Below, one piece after another: positions 1 through 12,876 of a stretch of 64,000 nt of DNA. This stretch comes from Felis catus. Its lineage: Eukaryota. The notes beneath the pieces are model-generated. The model worked only from the letters and a program-made list of their open reading frames with translations. It was not told the origin of the DNA and ran no database searches. Numbering within the stretch: the stretch's first letter is position 1; each line of letters starts with the position of its first letter. The translations under genes were made by a program, and so were the position numbers. The stretch spans positions 177,012,001 through 177,076,000 of the forward strand of contig NC_058368.1 of assembly GCF_018350175.1 (NCBI RefSeq), in the 5' to 3' direction.

Positions 1-2988
1 GACACTGAAGCCACATAGACCTGAATTCAACTCTCAGCCCCGTTGTTTATCTGCTGTGTGTTCTTGAGCAAGTGGCTTTGCCTCTCTGAGCATGAGTTTT
101 CTTACACATAAAATGAGGCTCTTCATAGTACCTCCCGGGTATAAAAATTAATTGAGGGGATCAAGCAGTGTCCTCTTGTGCCCTCTCTAGGCTCTATTGC
201 TTCAGCCAGTTTCATTTTCATGAAATGTTTATGCTGGAGGCTAGCTTAAAGTGGGGTTTGGGGTTATCTCAGCCATCTCTGCTATTGTTCCGAGGTTGCA
301 TCTCATTGGCTGACGTGATCACATTCTTCTGCCTGAGCCATTCATGTTCTGATCGACCAGTATGAGTCACCCACCCACTTCTAGAGTTGGAGGCGGATTC
401 TGCTCCAGTGCATTTTAGGGACTGGGAATGAGGGCGGGTTAGCTCCCCCGAAGAAAAATCAGGTAGGGTGAGTTATGTCATGAGAGGGCCGTGATTTTTA
501 TTACCAGTGCTCCTTCTAGCAGAAACTGTCTTGTTCACTAGAAAAGGACCTCCTCTAGAACATGAGCTCAGTAAATAATGGTTGAATGAAGGAACAGGGA
601 ACAAGCTGATTTCTGGCAGCCTAGTGCAGTCAAGAGAACACTGGACGGGTCCTGGTACGCCTTTGAGCCTTAGTCTGCTAATCTGGGAAATGGGCATGCC
701 TTAATGGCATGTGGGCGGATTAAAGTTTGGTATTTTTAGTACTTAGCTGCCAACATGTTATCAGTTGTGGTCTATAGTCGTTTATCTTCAGCGATGGCAG
801 GCGGAGCAGGGTGCCCCCCAGGGAGGGCTGGCTGGGAAGAGACTTGGAGTGTAGGCTCTTTGAGCAAGGTGGGCCTGCATTTGGATCTGCTTCCACTCCC
901 CGCTTGCTGTGTGACCTGAGGCAAATCACCATGCCTCTCTCAATCTCTGTTTTCTCATCTGTAAGTTGGGGTTACTAATACTTATGAAACGAGAGATTCC
1001 ATTTAAGGCCCGTCCTGGCACACGGTGAGCGCACAGGCAGTGTTAGCTGTTTTTATCATCAGCCATTATTACGTCTTCTGGCACAGAGGTGAGTCGATTG
1101 CTGCCTCAACCAGACTTGTAAAGAATTTAATTTTGGCGAAGTCACTTTATGCACCACGACTGCTGCCAGCTAACCCCTTTCTGGCAGGCTCTGGTCTCTG
1201 TGATCCGAGCGAGGTGCTGGGCAGCGGGTGTTCCTCGGTGTTGACCCTGGCACCCGGCTGGAGGCCCAGCCCTGTGGTCAGTGCTGCCTTTCAGGGTGAC
1301 GGGCAAGGCAGGTTTTGTGCGCTCACGGAAAACGGTCCCTGCCTGGGCCTCCCTCACTCCTGGGAGAAAATACTGGTAAGGAAACCCGGGAAGAGGTGCC
1401 ATGCAGCCTCCTTGACCGTCTCTCAGGAGTGCAGGGTGAGTGACTGAGGGAGTGGCTTTTGCCCCGCTCAGTTCTCCCCTGTGCTGCTCTGGCTGGGGGG
1501 CTGGGAGAGCATGGTCAAGGTGGTTGCCGTGCTCACCCGGGCCCCACCTCTGGCCACCCCGCTGAGCTTTCCGACCTTCCTTCTGGTAAAGGAGCAGAGC
1601 GGGCCTTACCTCCTCTTCTGGGTCTGGAGAGGAGGGGGAGCGAGAGTGGTGTACAATGTGAAAGGGTGCTTTGATGGTCCTCTTGCGGGCACTTAAAAAT
1701 CAGCCTTACCGGAAATGAAAGGGCAGGTACACAGTCAGGTGTGAGAAAGGGAGTGAGTGTGTGCCCGCGTGAGTGAGCACCAGAGCACAAGCGCCCAATG
1801 GCTGAAGTCATGAGTTTCTCGGGTGTTCTCAACAAGCTTTCACGACTGAGTTTATAGGGGCGGCCCCCACTCAGGTGGGGCGAGTGAGCAGGTGGGTTCT
1901 AGCACAAGGACTGACACTGGGTTATGGCCCCCTGGGAAATTCTGTCTCCCCGCCCTTTCCCCCACACTTGGCTCCTGGGCCTCATGAGGAAGGGACTGTG
2001 TGGAGGAAGGGTGTCCCTGCCGAAGCGCAGACCTGGGAGCAGGCGTCCAGACCGGCCCTGTCACCTCACCTGTGTTGGGGACTCTGCTCAGTCTCCTCGT
2101 CTGTGCATGAGATAGTAGGAGCACCAGCATTCGGGGGTGCTTGAAGAGATAAATGAGTTAGCACATGTTGGAGTGTAGACTAGTGACCTTGATCAGTGGG
2201 AGACCATTGTCATCACTGCGTGGGGCCCTGGGGATTTTGCAGCTCTGTTAACAGAAACAGTTACACAGAGAATAAATTTGCAAATGAGCTCAAAGATTGC
2301 CTATTGGCATCACTCCCTTCCACAAGGTTCCCTGGCGGGGTTTGCCACCCCCTCGCAGTTACCCCACCCTCTATGAGCATGCCCTCTAGTCACTGGCAGT
2401 AGAGGGGTGGGTCTCTGGCTGGACCTTGAGGCCACGGGATGGGCCACTCTGTCTCTGCGGGGAGGGTGCCCTGTGCGGGGCTGGCCTGGGAGCTCTCTCG
2501 TAGGTGTCTGTGGGCATCTAGTCTTAGGGCTTCTGAGTTCTGGAGACGATCAGAGACCTTGTACAGCAGTGGAAAGTGCACAGGGTCTTGGAAGTTAGAG
2601 GACCCAGGTTCAAATTCTGGTGCCACTATCCTAGTTCCAGCCATGTCCCCTCTCCAAGCCTCTAGAATGGGGACACTGAGGTGCTGGGTACTGCGGTGTC
2701 GTGTGAGGTGATGCTAATGCTCATTGTCATCCTTGGGGGTGCTAGGCATGCAGGAGCATCTGGGCCATCAATCACCACGTCGTGGGGCCGGTCAGAGTTG
2801 TCCTAGGAGGTGAGGGTTGTGTGTGATACTGTCCTCAGGAAGCCACCACAGTGGAGACCACCAGGGCTGCTCATGGAGTCCAGAAGAGCCCGTTTCCCGT
2901 GTGCTTCCCCACAGATGGCTATTCAAGGGCTCCAGACGAGTGGCCTGCTTCCTGGGCCCGTGTTGTTGGAAAGTGTGCTCTCTCTCTC

Positions 2989-3226
2989 TTTTTTTTTTTT
3001 TAATTTTTTTTTTAACTTTTTTTTTTTTTTTAATTTATTTTTGAGACAGGGAGAGACAGAGCATGAACAGGGGAGGGTCAGAGAGAGGGAGACACAGAAT
3101 CTGAAACAGCCATCAGGCTCTGAGCTGTCAGCACAGAGCCCGACGCGGGGCTCGAACTCACAGGCCGCGAGATCATGACCTGAGCCGAAGTCGGACGCTT
3201 CACCGACTGAGCCACCCAGGCGCCCC
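2989..3226 (-). mobile_element. Feline Can-SINE
   Basis: Poly-T plus reverse complement of the GGGGCGCCTGGGTGGCTCAG head; TSD aagtgtg(c/t)tctct. Confidence 0.95.
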
Positions 3227-3404
3227 AAGTGTGTTCTCTTAAAACACCCAAGCCCATGCAGCACAGTGGGTGAATGCTCCCAGCGGCCCTTGAGGGTCAC
3301 GGGGCCACTTGAGGGCGTGTGGGTTCTGTTCCCTTTTCCTGGATACCAGCTCCCCGTGGGTGCGGTAGCTTGCACTGTTTGCCTGGTTCTTTCTCTCTTG
3401 CTCT

Positions 3405-4170
3405 CAGTTCTTAAAATTGCGGTAAAATATGTATAACCTAAAACTGACCATTTTTAGCCCTAAGTGCACAATTCATTGGCATTACGTACGTTCACAGTGT
3501 TGTACAACGTTCCCCCCCTTGTCCGTTTCCAGAACCTCTTCGTCATCCCAAACAGAAACTCGGTGCCCGTTTAACACCAACTCTCCATTTGCCCTGGTGG
3601 CCTCGATTATACGTCCTGTCTCTGAATTTCACTCGTGTAGGTATCTCACATAAGTGGGATCATACGATATTTGTTCTTTTGTGACTTGGCTTTTTTCATC
3701 GAGCATGAAGTTCGTCCTGTTCTAGCATGCATCAGAATTTCCTTCCTTTTTCTATCCAGCGAGGCTTTCATTCAGGATAGGAGCAATACAGTTTCCTAGA
3801 CAAAAGAAAAAAAGAAAGAAAAGAAGGATTTCCTTCCTTTTTAAGGCCAAATAACATTCCACTGAGTGTATATTCCACTTTTTTGTTTGTCCATTCATCT
3901 GCTGATGGACATGTGGCTCATTTGCACCTTTTGACGTCAGTGGGTAGTGCTGCCGTGAACATGGGTGGACAGATACCTGCTCGGATCCCTGCTGTGAGTT
4001 CTTTTGTATCTCTCCCCAGGAGTGGAACTGCCGGGCCACGGTGGTTCTGTGTTTAACCTTTTGAGAAACCCCCAAACGGTTTTCCATGGTAGGTGCACCA
4101 TTTTACCTTCCCACGAGCAATGCTCAGAGGTTCCAATGTTTCCACAGTCTCACCAACGCTACTTTTCTTG
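3405..4170 (-). mobile_element. Old L1 (L1MB-like) 3' end fragment, interrupted at 3751-3825
   Basis: Typical antisense L1 3'UTR/ORF2-end text (cagaatttccttccttttaaggc; gtggaactgccgggccacggtgg...gtttaaccttttgagaaac). Confidence 0.8.
3751..3825 (+). pseudogene. Short retroposed RNA fragment; candidate 3' hairpin of an H/ACA sno/scaRNA
   Basis: 17-bp TSD AG(A/G)ATTTCCTTCCTTTT at 3734-3750 and 3826-3842; CTATCC/GGATAG stem; ACA at 3800-3802 running into an A-rich tail. Confidence 0.6.
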
Positions 4171-4171
4171 C

Positions 4172-4288
4172 TTTCTTTTTCTTTTAGATTTGATTTTTAA
4201 GTAATCTCTGTACCTCATGTGGGGCTCGAACTCACAACCCTGAGATCAAGAGTCGCATGCTCTACCTACTGAGCCAGCCAGGTGCCCC
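4172..4288 (-). mobile_element. Short old tRNA-Lys-like Can-SINE lacking the CT-rich body
   Basis: aagtaatctct...ggggctcgaactcacaaccctgagatcaagagtcgcatgctc...gagccagccaggtgcccc. Confidence 0.85.
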
Positions 4289-4314
4289 TATTTTTCGTTT
4301 TTCAGAAAATTAGA

Positions 4315-4513
4315 GGGGCACCTGGATAGCTCAGTTGGTTGAGTGTCTGACTCTTGATTTAGGCGCAGGTCGTAGTCTCAGGGTCATGGGGTCAAGCCCT
4401 GCTTTGGGCTCCACACTGAGCATGGAGCCTGCTTGGGGTTCATTCTCTCTCTCTCTCTCCCTCTCCCTCCCCCCCCCCCACTCATGCTCTCCGTCTCTCT
4501 CTCAGAAAAAAAA
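4315..4513 (+). mobile_element. Can-SINE
   Basis: ggggcacctggatagctcag head, CT tract, A tail. Confidence 0.9.
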
Positions 4514-4825
4514 TTTTTTTAGCCATCCTTGTAGGTGTGAAATTCCCTCCTTCTTTTTCATCAAATAAACCGTTGTCATACCAGGGAGATGCATCTGGGA
4601 AGCACTTGCACTGCACTTGGTGGGGACTTAAAACCTCTTTTCATTTTACTTTTAACGTGTGGGAAATATGCAAATACACATATGAAATGTGTCTGTTAAT
4701 GTTTTAAACAACACGCAGAGAGTGAAGGTGCCCTTTAATTCTCCCCATTTTAGGCAGCTTCCTAGCCTGCTGTCAGGCAGCATGTTTCCAGAGTTTTCCA
4801 TGCATTTATGCAGTTTTCCATTAAA

Positions 4826-5038
4826 TTTTTTAAAGTTTATTTATTTGAGAGAGAGAGAGAGAGACCGCACAAGCAGGAGAGGGACAGAGAGAGAGAGAGA
4901 GAGGGAGAGAATCCCAAGCAGGCTCCACACCATCAGCACAGAGCCCTATGTAGGGCTTGAACCCACGAACTGTGAGATCGTGACCTGAGCCGAAACCAAG
5001 AGTCAGATGCTTGACCGACTGAGCCACCCAGGGGCCCC
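4826..5038 (-). mobile_element. Can-SINE
   Basis: Full-length antisense copy; TSD ttttccatt. Confidence 0.92.
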
Positions 5039-5207
5039 ACTTTTCCATTGTTACAGAAAAAGTGTCCTACCACTTGATTGTTCAGTGACTTGGATCTCTT
5101 ACTGAACACAACTTAGCAATCTTTCCCTGTTGGTGTTTGTAGGGATACGCGATTTTTGTATTTTTATTTATCGCATAGTGTGGGTACTTTAAACCACATT
5201 AGCATGA

Positions 5208-5522
<315 letters not shown>

Positions 5523-5689
5523 TAGCCAGGTTCACAGGTGCTCTGCTCTTTCTTAGTGTCTGCTTTGAGGGCCGGGGCCCGGGTGAGAAGAAGGTGAAGT
5601 AGGGCGGCTCTAGATCCCCTCTCCTTCCCTTTCTACAGAGCCTCCCCACTTTTGGGGGTGGGGGCAGTGGTTTGAGCAGGAAGGAATTC

Positions 5690-5853
5690 TTTTTGGATGG
5701 GAGAGGGGCAGAGAGAGAGAGAGACAGAATCCCAAGTAGCCTCCATGCCCAGAGTAGAGCCTGACGCAGGGCTCGATCCCATGACCCTGAAGTCATGCCA
5801 TGAGCCAAAGTTGAGAGTTGGACGCTTAGCCGAGTAAGCCACCCAGGCGCCCC
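5690..5853 (-). mobile_element. Can-SINE
   Basis: Antisense copy; TSD ggaattct. Confidence 0.9.
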
Positions 5854-5864
5854 ACGGAATTCTA

Positions 5865-6050
5865 AGGCTCTGCCACTTACGAGTTAGAGAATCCTAGGCA
5901 AGCTCTTAACTTCTCTGTGCCTCAGTTTTCCCAACTGTAAGATGGGAGTAATAATAGTACCTGGCTCATTTGGTTATTACAGGGACCAAATAAATTAACT
6001 CACGATCGGTGTTTACAAGTGTACCTGGCAGGTGCAAGAGCCTGGTGACT
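5865..6050. mobile_element. MIR
   Basis: Core ctctgtgcctcagttttcccaactgtaagatgggagtaataatagtacct. Confidence 0.75.
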
Positions 6051-6815
6051 GTCGACTGACGGACTGTTCGTATATGTTATGTCATTTGCAATAGCGGTGT
6101 CATTCCTGTGGCTGCTGTGTGGGGATTCTCTGCAATGGCAGCATCAGAGGAGGGGTCCCCTTAACACCCCTCATTCTCCACCCAGGAGCCTCATGGCTGG
6201 ATGTGCGCAGTGCGGGCGTAGCTTCAAGCCCCGCCTTCCAAACCCAGCCTCACTCCCTAGCCTCTCTAGAGAAATTTTGCAGGCTCCCTGCTTTTCATAG
6301 GACATGTCTGTCCTGAAGAATGCTTGTCCCATGGACGCTCTTCTGGGATGAATGCCTCTCTCGTTTATGAAACCCGGACTCCCTAGAACATACATGTCTC
6401 TTCAAACTATTTTTCAGCAAGCGTTTTATATGTAGAGCAACATGTTTATGTTCCCAAAACTCCGTTCAACAAAATCACGTGCAGGAAAAGTCTCCCGTGA
6501 ATTCTAGATGCAATTGGAAGACTGTCAGAATCACACGTAGATGTTTTGCAAAGACATCCCAGGGGTTGGCAGGACCGGGCACCTGCAGAGGTGCTGGAGC
6601 TGAGAGAGCTGGCCCAGGTCCGTGTTGCTGCGCACAGCAAGGTTAATGATGATTTAGTGGTTACGAGGGGGATGTTCTCAGTGTTCAACCTCCTATCGTG
6701 ATAGGTTATTATGTGTAGAGAGAGTTACTATGTTTTAGTTATATTTTAGGAAATTAATGGAGAGTTTGGAGTTGATGTGCTTTTTAATTTTTCCCATTTA
6801 AAATAAGGGGAAATA

Positions 6816-7267
6816 GAGGCGCCTACGTGGCTCAGTCAGTTGGGCATCTGACTTTGGCTCAGGTCATGATCTCGCCATTCCCGAGATCAAGCCCCACGGT
6901 GGGCTCTGTGCTGACAGCTCAGAGCCTGGAGCCTGCTTCGGATTCTGTGTCTCCCTCTCTCTCTTCTGCCCTTCCCCCACTCATGCGTCATCTCTTTCAA
7001 AAATAAATGTTAAAAAAAGTAATAAAATTGGGGCGCCTGGGTGGCGCAGTTGGTTAAGCGTCCGACTTCAGCCAGGTCACGATCTCGCGGTCCGGGAGTT
7101 CGAGCCCCGCGTCGGGCTCTGGGCTGATGGCTCAGAGCCTGGAGCCTGTTTCCGATTCTGTGTCTCCCTTTCTCTCTGCTCCTCCCCCGATCATGCTCTG
7201 TCTCTCTCTGTCCCAAAAATAAATAAACGTTGAAAAAAAAAATTAAAAAAAAAAAAAGTAATAAAAT
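6816..7267 (+). mobile_element. Can-SINE with a younger Can-SINE (7030-~7250) inserted in its tail
   Basis: Outer TSD aaaataaggggaaataga; inner TSD aaaaaaagtaataaaat. Confidence 0.93.
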
Positions 7268-8230
7268 AAAATAAGGGGAAATAGACCCTAGGTTTTTTCT
7301 TTCTGTACAAGATACCTGATTTTAGGTACAGACTACTGATGCTTGATGGGGAAATCTGTGTTTCATTTGAGAAAAGGATCCTGCTGTTTAAGAAAAACCA
7401 AAGGAGAGTTTAGGGAAACCACTGTCGGAGTTTCTCCCTGTCATTTCACAGAAGTGAAGGAAGCCAGTGTCTGAGGGGAGTGAGAATGTGGCCCCCTGGC
7501 CCTGCCCAGAGCTCTGTCCACTGAAACGCCTCCCCTTCCAATCCTGGATGGAAGCCAACTTTCGTTTGCCTGAGAGTCTCTTTGGGGAGCCCCTTGGATG
7601 TCACTGGGGGGATGAAACCACCACCACTGACTGCTAGATGCAGATTCCAAAGTCTTTCCTCATCCCCTGTCTCCAGGCACCTTGGGAGGTGAGTGGGGTG
7701 GGGACACAGGTCCAGAGAGGGCGGGGCCTCTTGCTCATGGCCACGTACCTGAACCTGCTTGTTTCCTCTGTCCTGTTCATGGAGCTGCTTCTCAGAAAGT
7801 TCTTTCTTTTAAGAAATTAAACAAATACTGTATCTATGATCCCTGGAGAAAAATGAGAGGCTACAGAAAAACAAAAGAAAAAAAATGATTAAAACCATTC
7901 AAAATTTTGTACCAGAGATAACTGCTGATAAATGTAGAATATATTTTTCTAAGTTTCTAAAATATATACGTATACGTACCCATGCCCACAGGTTTCTTTT
8001 AAAAAAAGAAAAATTGGTATCATACTTATTACTTTGCCTTTTAGTCTTTTTATTTAAGGTCTATTAAGAACAACTTTTCATGTCAGTGGGGGGACACCGC
8101 ATCTTCATATTTGGTTTTTCTGTAGAATTCCATCTCCTGGCTGTGCCATTCTCTATTGTTGGGCATTTAGGTTGCCTTTTTTTTTTTTTTTTTTCTGTTA
8201 TAAACAACTTTGTGATGGACCTCTGACTTT

Positions 8231-8446
8231 AAAAAAAAAAAAAATTTAATGTTTATTTTTGAGACAGAGAGAGACAGAGCATGAACAGGGGAGGGGCAGA
8301 GAGAGAGGGAGACACAGAATTGGAAGCAGGCTCCAGGCTCTGAGCCATCAGCCCATAGCCTGACGCAGGGCTCGAACTCACGGACCGCGAGATCGTGACC
8401 TGAGCTGAAGTCGGACGCTTAACCGACTGAGCCACCCAGGCGCCCC
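8231..8446 (-). mobile_element. Can-SINE
   Basis: Antisense copy; TSD-like ctct(tt)gacttt. Confidence 0.93.
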
Positions 8447-8498
8447 CTCTTTGACTTTTTGTATGCTTGTCTGTGCCTCTTTGGGAGAATTTTTAAGC

Positions 8499-8760
8499 TT
8501 TTTTTTTTTAATGTTTTATTTTTGAGAGAGAAAAACAGCACGCGAGTGGGGAGGGTCAGAGGGAGAGAGAGAGACAGAGACAGAGACAGAGACAGAGACA
8601 GAGACAGACAGACAGGGACAGGGAGACACAGAATCCCCAGCAGCCTCCAGGCTCTGAGCGCTCAGCACAGAGCCTGACATGGGGCTTGAACTCACAAGCT
8701 GTGAGATCGTGACCTGAGCTGAAGTTGGACGCTTAACCGACTGAGCCACCCAGGCGCCCC
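8499..8760 (-). mobile_element. Can-SINE with an expanded (GAGACA)n middle tract
   Basis: Antisense copy ending caggcgcccc. Confidence 0.93.
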
Positions 8761-9172
8761 TCTAATAGCTATATTTAAAAAAGAAAGAAACAGATGAAGT
8801 TAATTTAAATAATATCATTTATTTAAGCTGGTATATCAAAAATATTATTTTGACAAGGAATCAATAGAAAAATTATGAGACATTTCACTTTATTTTTCAT
8901 TCTAAGGCTTCAAATCCAGTGTGTGTTTTACACTTATAGACGTCTCAATTCAGGAGCTACATTTTCATCAGAAATCTATATTTAGATGTCGTAAAATTTA
9001 CTGTTGACAAAGTAGATTCAGTGTTGTCTCCACATTCTTAAACGTTTCCTAGTAACAGAATTGAGTGTCAGATTTTAAATTTAAATTGATTACAAGTGAG
9101 TAAAGTTCTACATTAGCCGCATTTCAAGTGCTTGATAGCCACGTGTGGTTAATGGTACTGGCTTGGACGCTG
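8761..9172. mobile_element. MER33/MER3-like hAT-Charlie DNA transposon fossil
   Basis: ttaatttaaataatatcatttatttaa... and agccgcatttcaagtgcttgatagccacgtgtgg match the recalled consensus. Confidence 0.65.
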
Positions 9173-9264
9173 TCGACAGTGCAACTCTGGAGGTAGACCC
9201 AGGGCCCAGAAATGAGGGAGTGCAGGAAATGCTGGCTGCCCTCATGACTTTCCTTGGGTTTTAA

Positions 9265-9476
9265 TTTTTTTTTTTTAACGTTTTATTTATTTTTGAGACA
9301 GAGACAGAGCATGAACGGGGGAGGGGCAGAGAGAGAGGGAGACACAGAATCGGAAGCAGGCTCCAGGCTCTGAGCCATCAGCCCAGAGCCCGACGCGGGG
9401 CTCGAACTCACGGACTGCGAGATCGTGACCTGAGCTGAAGTCGGACGCTTAACCGACTGAGCCACCCAGGCGCCCC
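9265..9476 (-). mobile_element. Can-SINE
   Basis: Perfect 15-bp TSD tttccttgggtttta. Confidence 0.95.
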
Positions 9477-9654
9477 TTTCCTTGGGTTTATAACGGCCCC
9501 TCCTCACTAGCATCCCTCCGGTCCCCAACCCCTGCCCTGAGCCAGATTTTGGCCTCTGGCAAAGTCTTTCAAGGGTTGGGTGTGTTTTCCTATAGGTGTT
9601 TGGGAGTGGAAGAGTAGGACGATGGGAAATTTGTAACAGTCACCTCCCGAGGAG

Positions 9655-10040
9655 AGCAGCCCCGGCGTGTACCGTCTGCCATTTTCTGTGGTATGAACAT
9701 TCCCGCTTTGGTTAATTTCTGGCTATAAACACCATGTCGCTAACAGAGTTGGAAAGAGGTTTGCAGTGGTATTCCATGATAAAGTATTTCTGCCGCACAG
9801 ATTTAGTAGATGTAAATAATCTCAAGTGCATAGGTGATAGTAGAATGTAGTACAGTCATTAGGGAAAGGCTAGGTCTTGAGTGTTTATAATCTTTGTTTT
9901 CAACGTAAGTCCAAAAATGATAACGTCATATAACTTCATTTTTAATAGTGGTTGTGTTTAACAGCAGGCTGACGACAATTCCTGAAAATTTCACAATCAG
10001 TTTCCCAAGCCAGTGAATGCTTGCTCTGGCCTACCACTGG
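9655..10040. mobile_element. MER63-like hAT DNA transposon fossil
   Basis: Terminal aattcctgaaaatttcacaatcag...ctaccactgg resembles the MER63 end. Confidence 0.55.
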
Positions 10041-10663
10041 AGCCAGACCAGAGGAGTGTTGACTAGGCCACGGGACACTGCCGCCGGGTATCACACAGCC
10101 ATCCTCTCATTTGAAAGATGAGACAACTGCAGGCCGGACAGGGTCCGGGATTTACCTGAGGTCACACAGCAAATTAGTCACAAGGCCAGACACACGGAAG
10201 TCTTCAAAGACCAGGGATGAGAGAACCTAGTCGTGTTAACGCTGCTCTATGGAAAGCCCTTCCACGGCTGCCCAGAATATATTCCAAATCCATTACCCGG
10301 TACACAGGCTGTGGCCTCCCATCAGCAGATGCTTTCCCAGACCTATTCTAAGCCCCTTGCAGGCGACACCCCCAGACCTTTGCTCATCTGGTACCCTCTT
10401 CCAGGCGTGCCCATCGTCATCTGTGGTCAGCGAGAGCATCACTGCCTCCATGAGGCATTTTCACTTCCCTGTACCTCTAGGTGGAATGTATCTCCTCTTC
10501 CTCTCCTCTCTGCTCCATTTCTTTTCTCTCCTTTTACCAGGCATGTTTTAGCACAGTTACCAGTCTTGGTGTCGCCTTCGGGAGACTGGGTCCTACCTTC
10601 ATTCTGGTCCAGCATAAGGGAGGGAGTGGAGGTCCAGGCCGGTCCCCTCAAGACAGCTGAGGC

Positions 10664-10855
10664 AGGGGTCCGATTCTTGATTTCGGTTTAGGTCATGATC
10701 TCATGGTTCGTGAGATCGAGCCCTGTGCTGTCAGTGTGGAGCCTGCTTGGGATTTTCTGTCTCCCATTCTCTCCCTTTCCCTGCTGCTGCTCGCTCGCTC
10801 TCTCTCTCTCTCTCTCTTCTCTCAAAAATAAATAAATAAACATTAAAAAAAAAAA
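10664..10855 (+). mobile_element. 5'-truncated, internally deleted Can-SINE
   Basis: TSD aagacagctgagg; head missing. Confidence 0.88.
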
Positions 10856-10913
10856 GACAGCTGAGGTGCTTGGGGCCAGCCCTGCCCTGGGGGAGTGAAG
10901 TCCCACAAAGCCG

Positions 10914-10974
10914 ATGTCCTAAGGTTGACTTTGGGCTTTGTTCAATGTCCTAAGGTTGACTTTGGGCTTTGTTC
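10914..10974. repeat. Perfect tandem duplication with a 31-bp period
   Basis: ATGTCCTAAGGTTGACTTTGGGCTTTGTTC occurs twice, separated by one A. Confidence 0.95.
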
Positions 10975-12520
10975 TCTAGCTAGTGACAGCTGGTAGGGAG
11001 GAGGGAAGGAATCTGCATTCCTCTAAAGCTTTTCCTTGTGTTGAGTGGAAGAAGGTGAAGGTGGCTGGAATCCTGCTTTTGCACCTGGTGAGCATTTTCA
11101 AGCCCCTTCTGATCAGTTCCTGAGCACAGATCTTGCTTGGCCTTTTTGACGGACACAAACCCTGAGTTTTGATGTGTTACCTGTTCACCCCAGGACCTCC
11201 AGCCTTGGCCTCTACGAGCGTGGGTGATGCCGGGGCAGTTGAGCCTGCAGCCCTGGAGGACTGCCGCATTCTCCATTTAGTCACTTAACCAAGTCTCTGT
11301 CGGGTTCCTTCCTTGTGCCGAGCCATGTCCCGGGCCCTTTGGATACAGAAAGTGATGCAGACAGGTTGGGTCCGAGGACCCAGAGGGGGTCCCACAGGAC
11401 TAGCCAAGAGGGTCCTTGGCTTGGTGCAGGATGGAAATCAAATTCAAGCCAGCAGGAGGTGAGGCCTAAGGACGGGGCAAACCACCTTCAGTGTGTGGTC
11501 TGGGAAGCCTCGAGGTGATAGCTGAGAAGGAGCCAGTGGAGGGAGGACAGAGGTTACATCAAGTGGGAGTGTGTTCACTGCGTTTAAAGACAGCGAGGGG
11601 CAGTGTCTGGGCTGGGTGGGAGGAGATGGGGGTCAGGAAGGTAGGAGTTGCGATCTTATTGTAGGTGTTGGGAAACCCCTGGGGTGTTTCAAGCAGGGCA
11701 GTGCCTGCCCGCTTCTTAGCCGGTCTGAGTCCCTTTGTACCTCCTCCGTGCTGGTCACATGCATTTGCTCCCTTCCCGGCCCTGCGGTGTAGGAGCCAGG
11801 TCCGGTCCTGTCTCTTGGTGCCAGTGTGGATCTCAGCTAACCTTCGAGTCTCCATCTGTTCAGCACAGATGGAGAGGATGATCACAAAGCTTATCCTGTT
11901 GTAAGGATGAAGTGAGGCCTGCAGGTCAGGTGTGGGCAGCAGTGCCTGGCACAGAGTGTGTGCTTAGTTAATGCCCTTGTCCCTCTCTCCCCTCTCCTCC
12001 CAACCCTTTTGGCCCCATTCCCCGGATGCCTCCTACCCCTAGTTTCCTGCAGCTCCCTCTCTCCTGGCTTCTCTGCCTTTTGCCTGGCGAACCTTCCTGA
12101 GGCTTCGCTGTGATTTTGTCCTCCCAGAACAATAAGAAAGGTAACGTTAGGGTTCGAGGACGACACCGACAGAGGGAGGAAAGGCCTTTCGTGTGCACAC
12201 AGCAGGCCCTGCCACCCTGGCCTGCCCTGGAGACTCGGCACAGGTCAAGTTCAGAAGTCCCTGTGTCCCCAGGTTTCACCTGGTCAGAAGGCTTTGCAGC
12301 GAGTTTATTGGCCCAGCAGTGTCCTTGCTGAGCATCAAATAGAGCAGTGACTCTTCTGCTTGCACGGGGGGTCTGTACCATCATGGAGTCTTCCTGGGTT
12401 TTCCCTGGGTGTGAACAGACTATTCTCAGTGCTGAATATCTATGGTATTTATAGGGTATTCTCGATAGGGCTGCTGCTTCCACAGCTCATCTGTTCGGCT
12501 ACTGCTATAATCGTTAACCT

Positions 12521-12760
12521 TCTATTTATTTTGAGGGAGAGATAGAGCATGAGCGTGAGGGAGGGAGGGCCAGAGACATGGATTTCCAAGCAGCACAGAG
12601 CCCGACATGGGGCCTGAACTCACAAATCATGAGATCATGACCTGAGCTGAAATCAAGAGTCAGATGCTTAACTGTGACTGAGCCACCCAGGTGCCCCTCA
12701 CTCTTTTTTTTTTTTTTTTTAAGTTTATTTAATTTCAAAGAGAGAGAGAGTGGGGGGGGG

Positions 12761-12818
<58 letters not shown>

Positions 12819-12876
12819 GAGAATCCCAAGCAGGTTCTGTGCTGTCAGTGTGGAGCCCAAGGTGGGGCTCGAACTT
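12521..12876 (-). mobile_element. Two adjacent Can-SINEs (12521-12697 and a headless copy at 12704-12876)
   Basis: Two T-tails and (GA)n tracts; only the first has a head. Confidence 0.88.

Noticed and set aside
300..370. ATTGG + TGACGT + TGAGTCA motif cluster as a promoter
   Set aside because: catctcattggc is also typical of MLT1 LTR remnants, and there is no CpG island; short motifs alone are insufficient.
4172..4288. tRNA-Lys-like sequence as a tRNA gene
   Set aside because: It has a SINE-type 3' extension and A-rich tail, and a similar decayed copy lies near 53650-53735; it is a tRNA-derived SINE.
6692..6705. CCTATC-GT-GATAGG palindrome (double GATA-like site)
   Set aside because: 6-bp arms are expected by chance in 64 kb, and nothing else supports it.
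10914..10974. CRISPR-like 30-bp direct repeats
   Set aside because: Only two copies, a 1-nt spacer, and a mammalian context.
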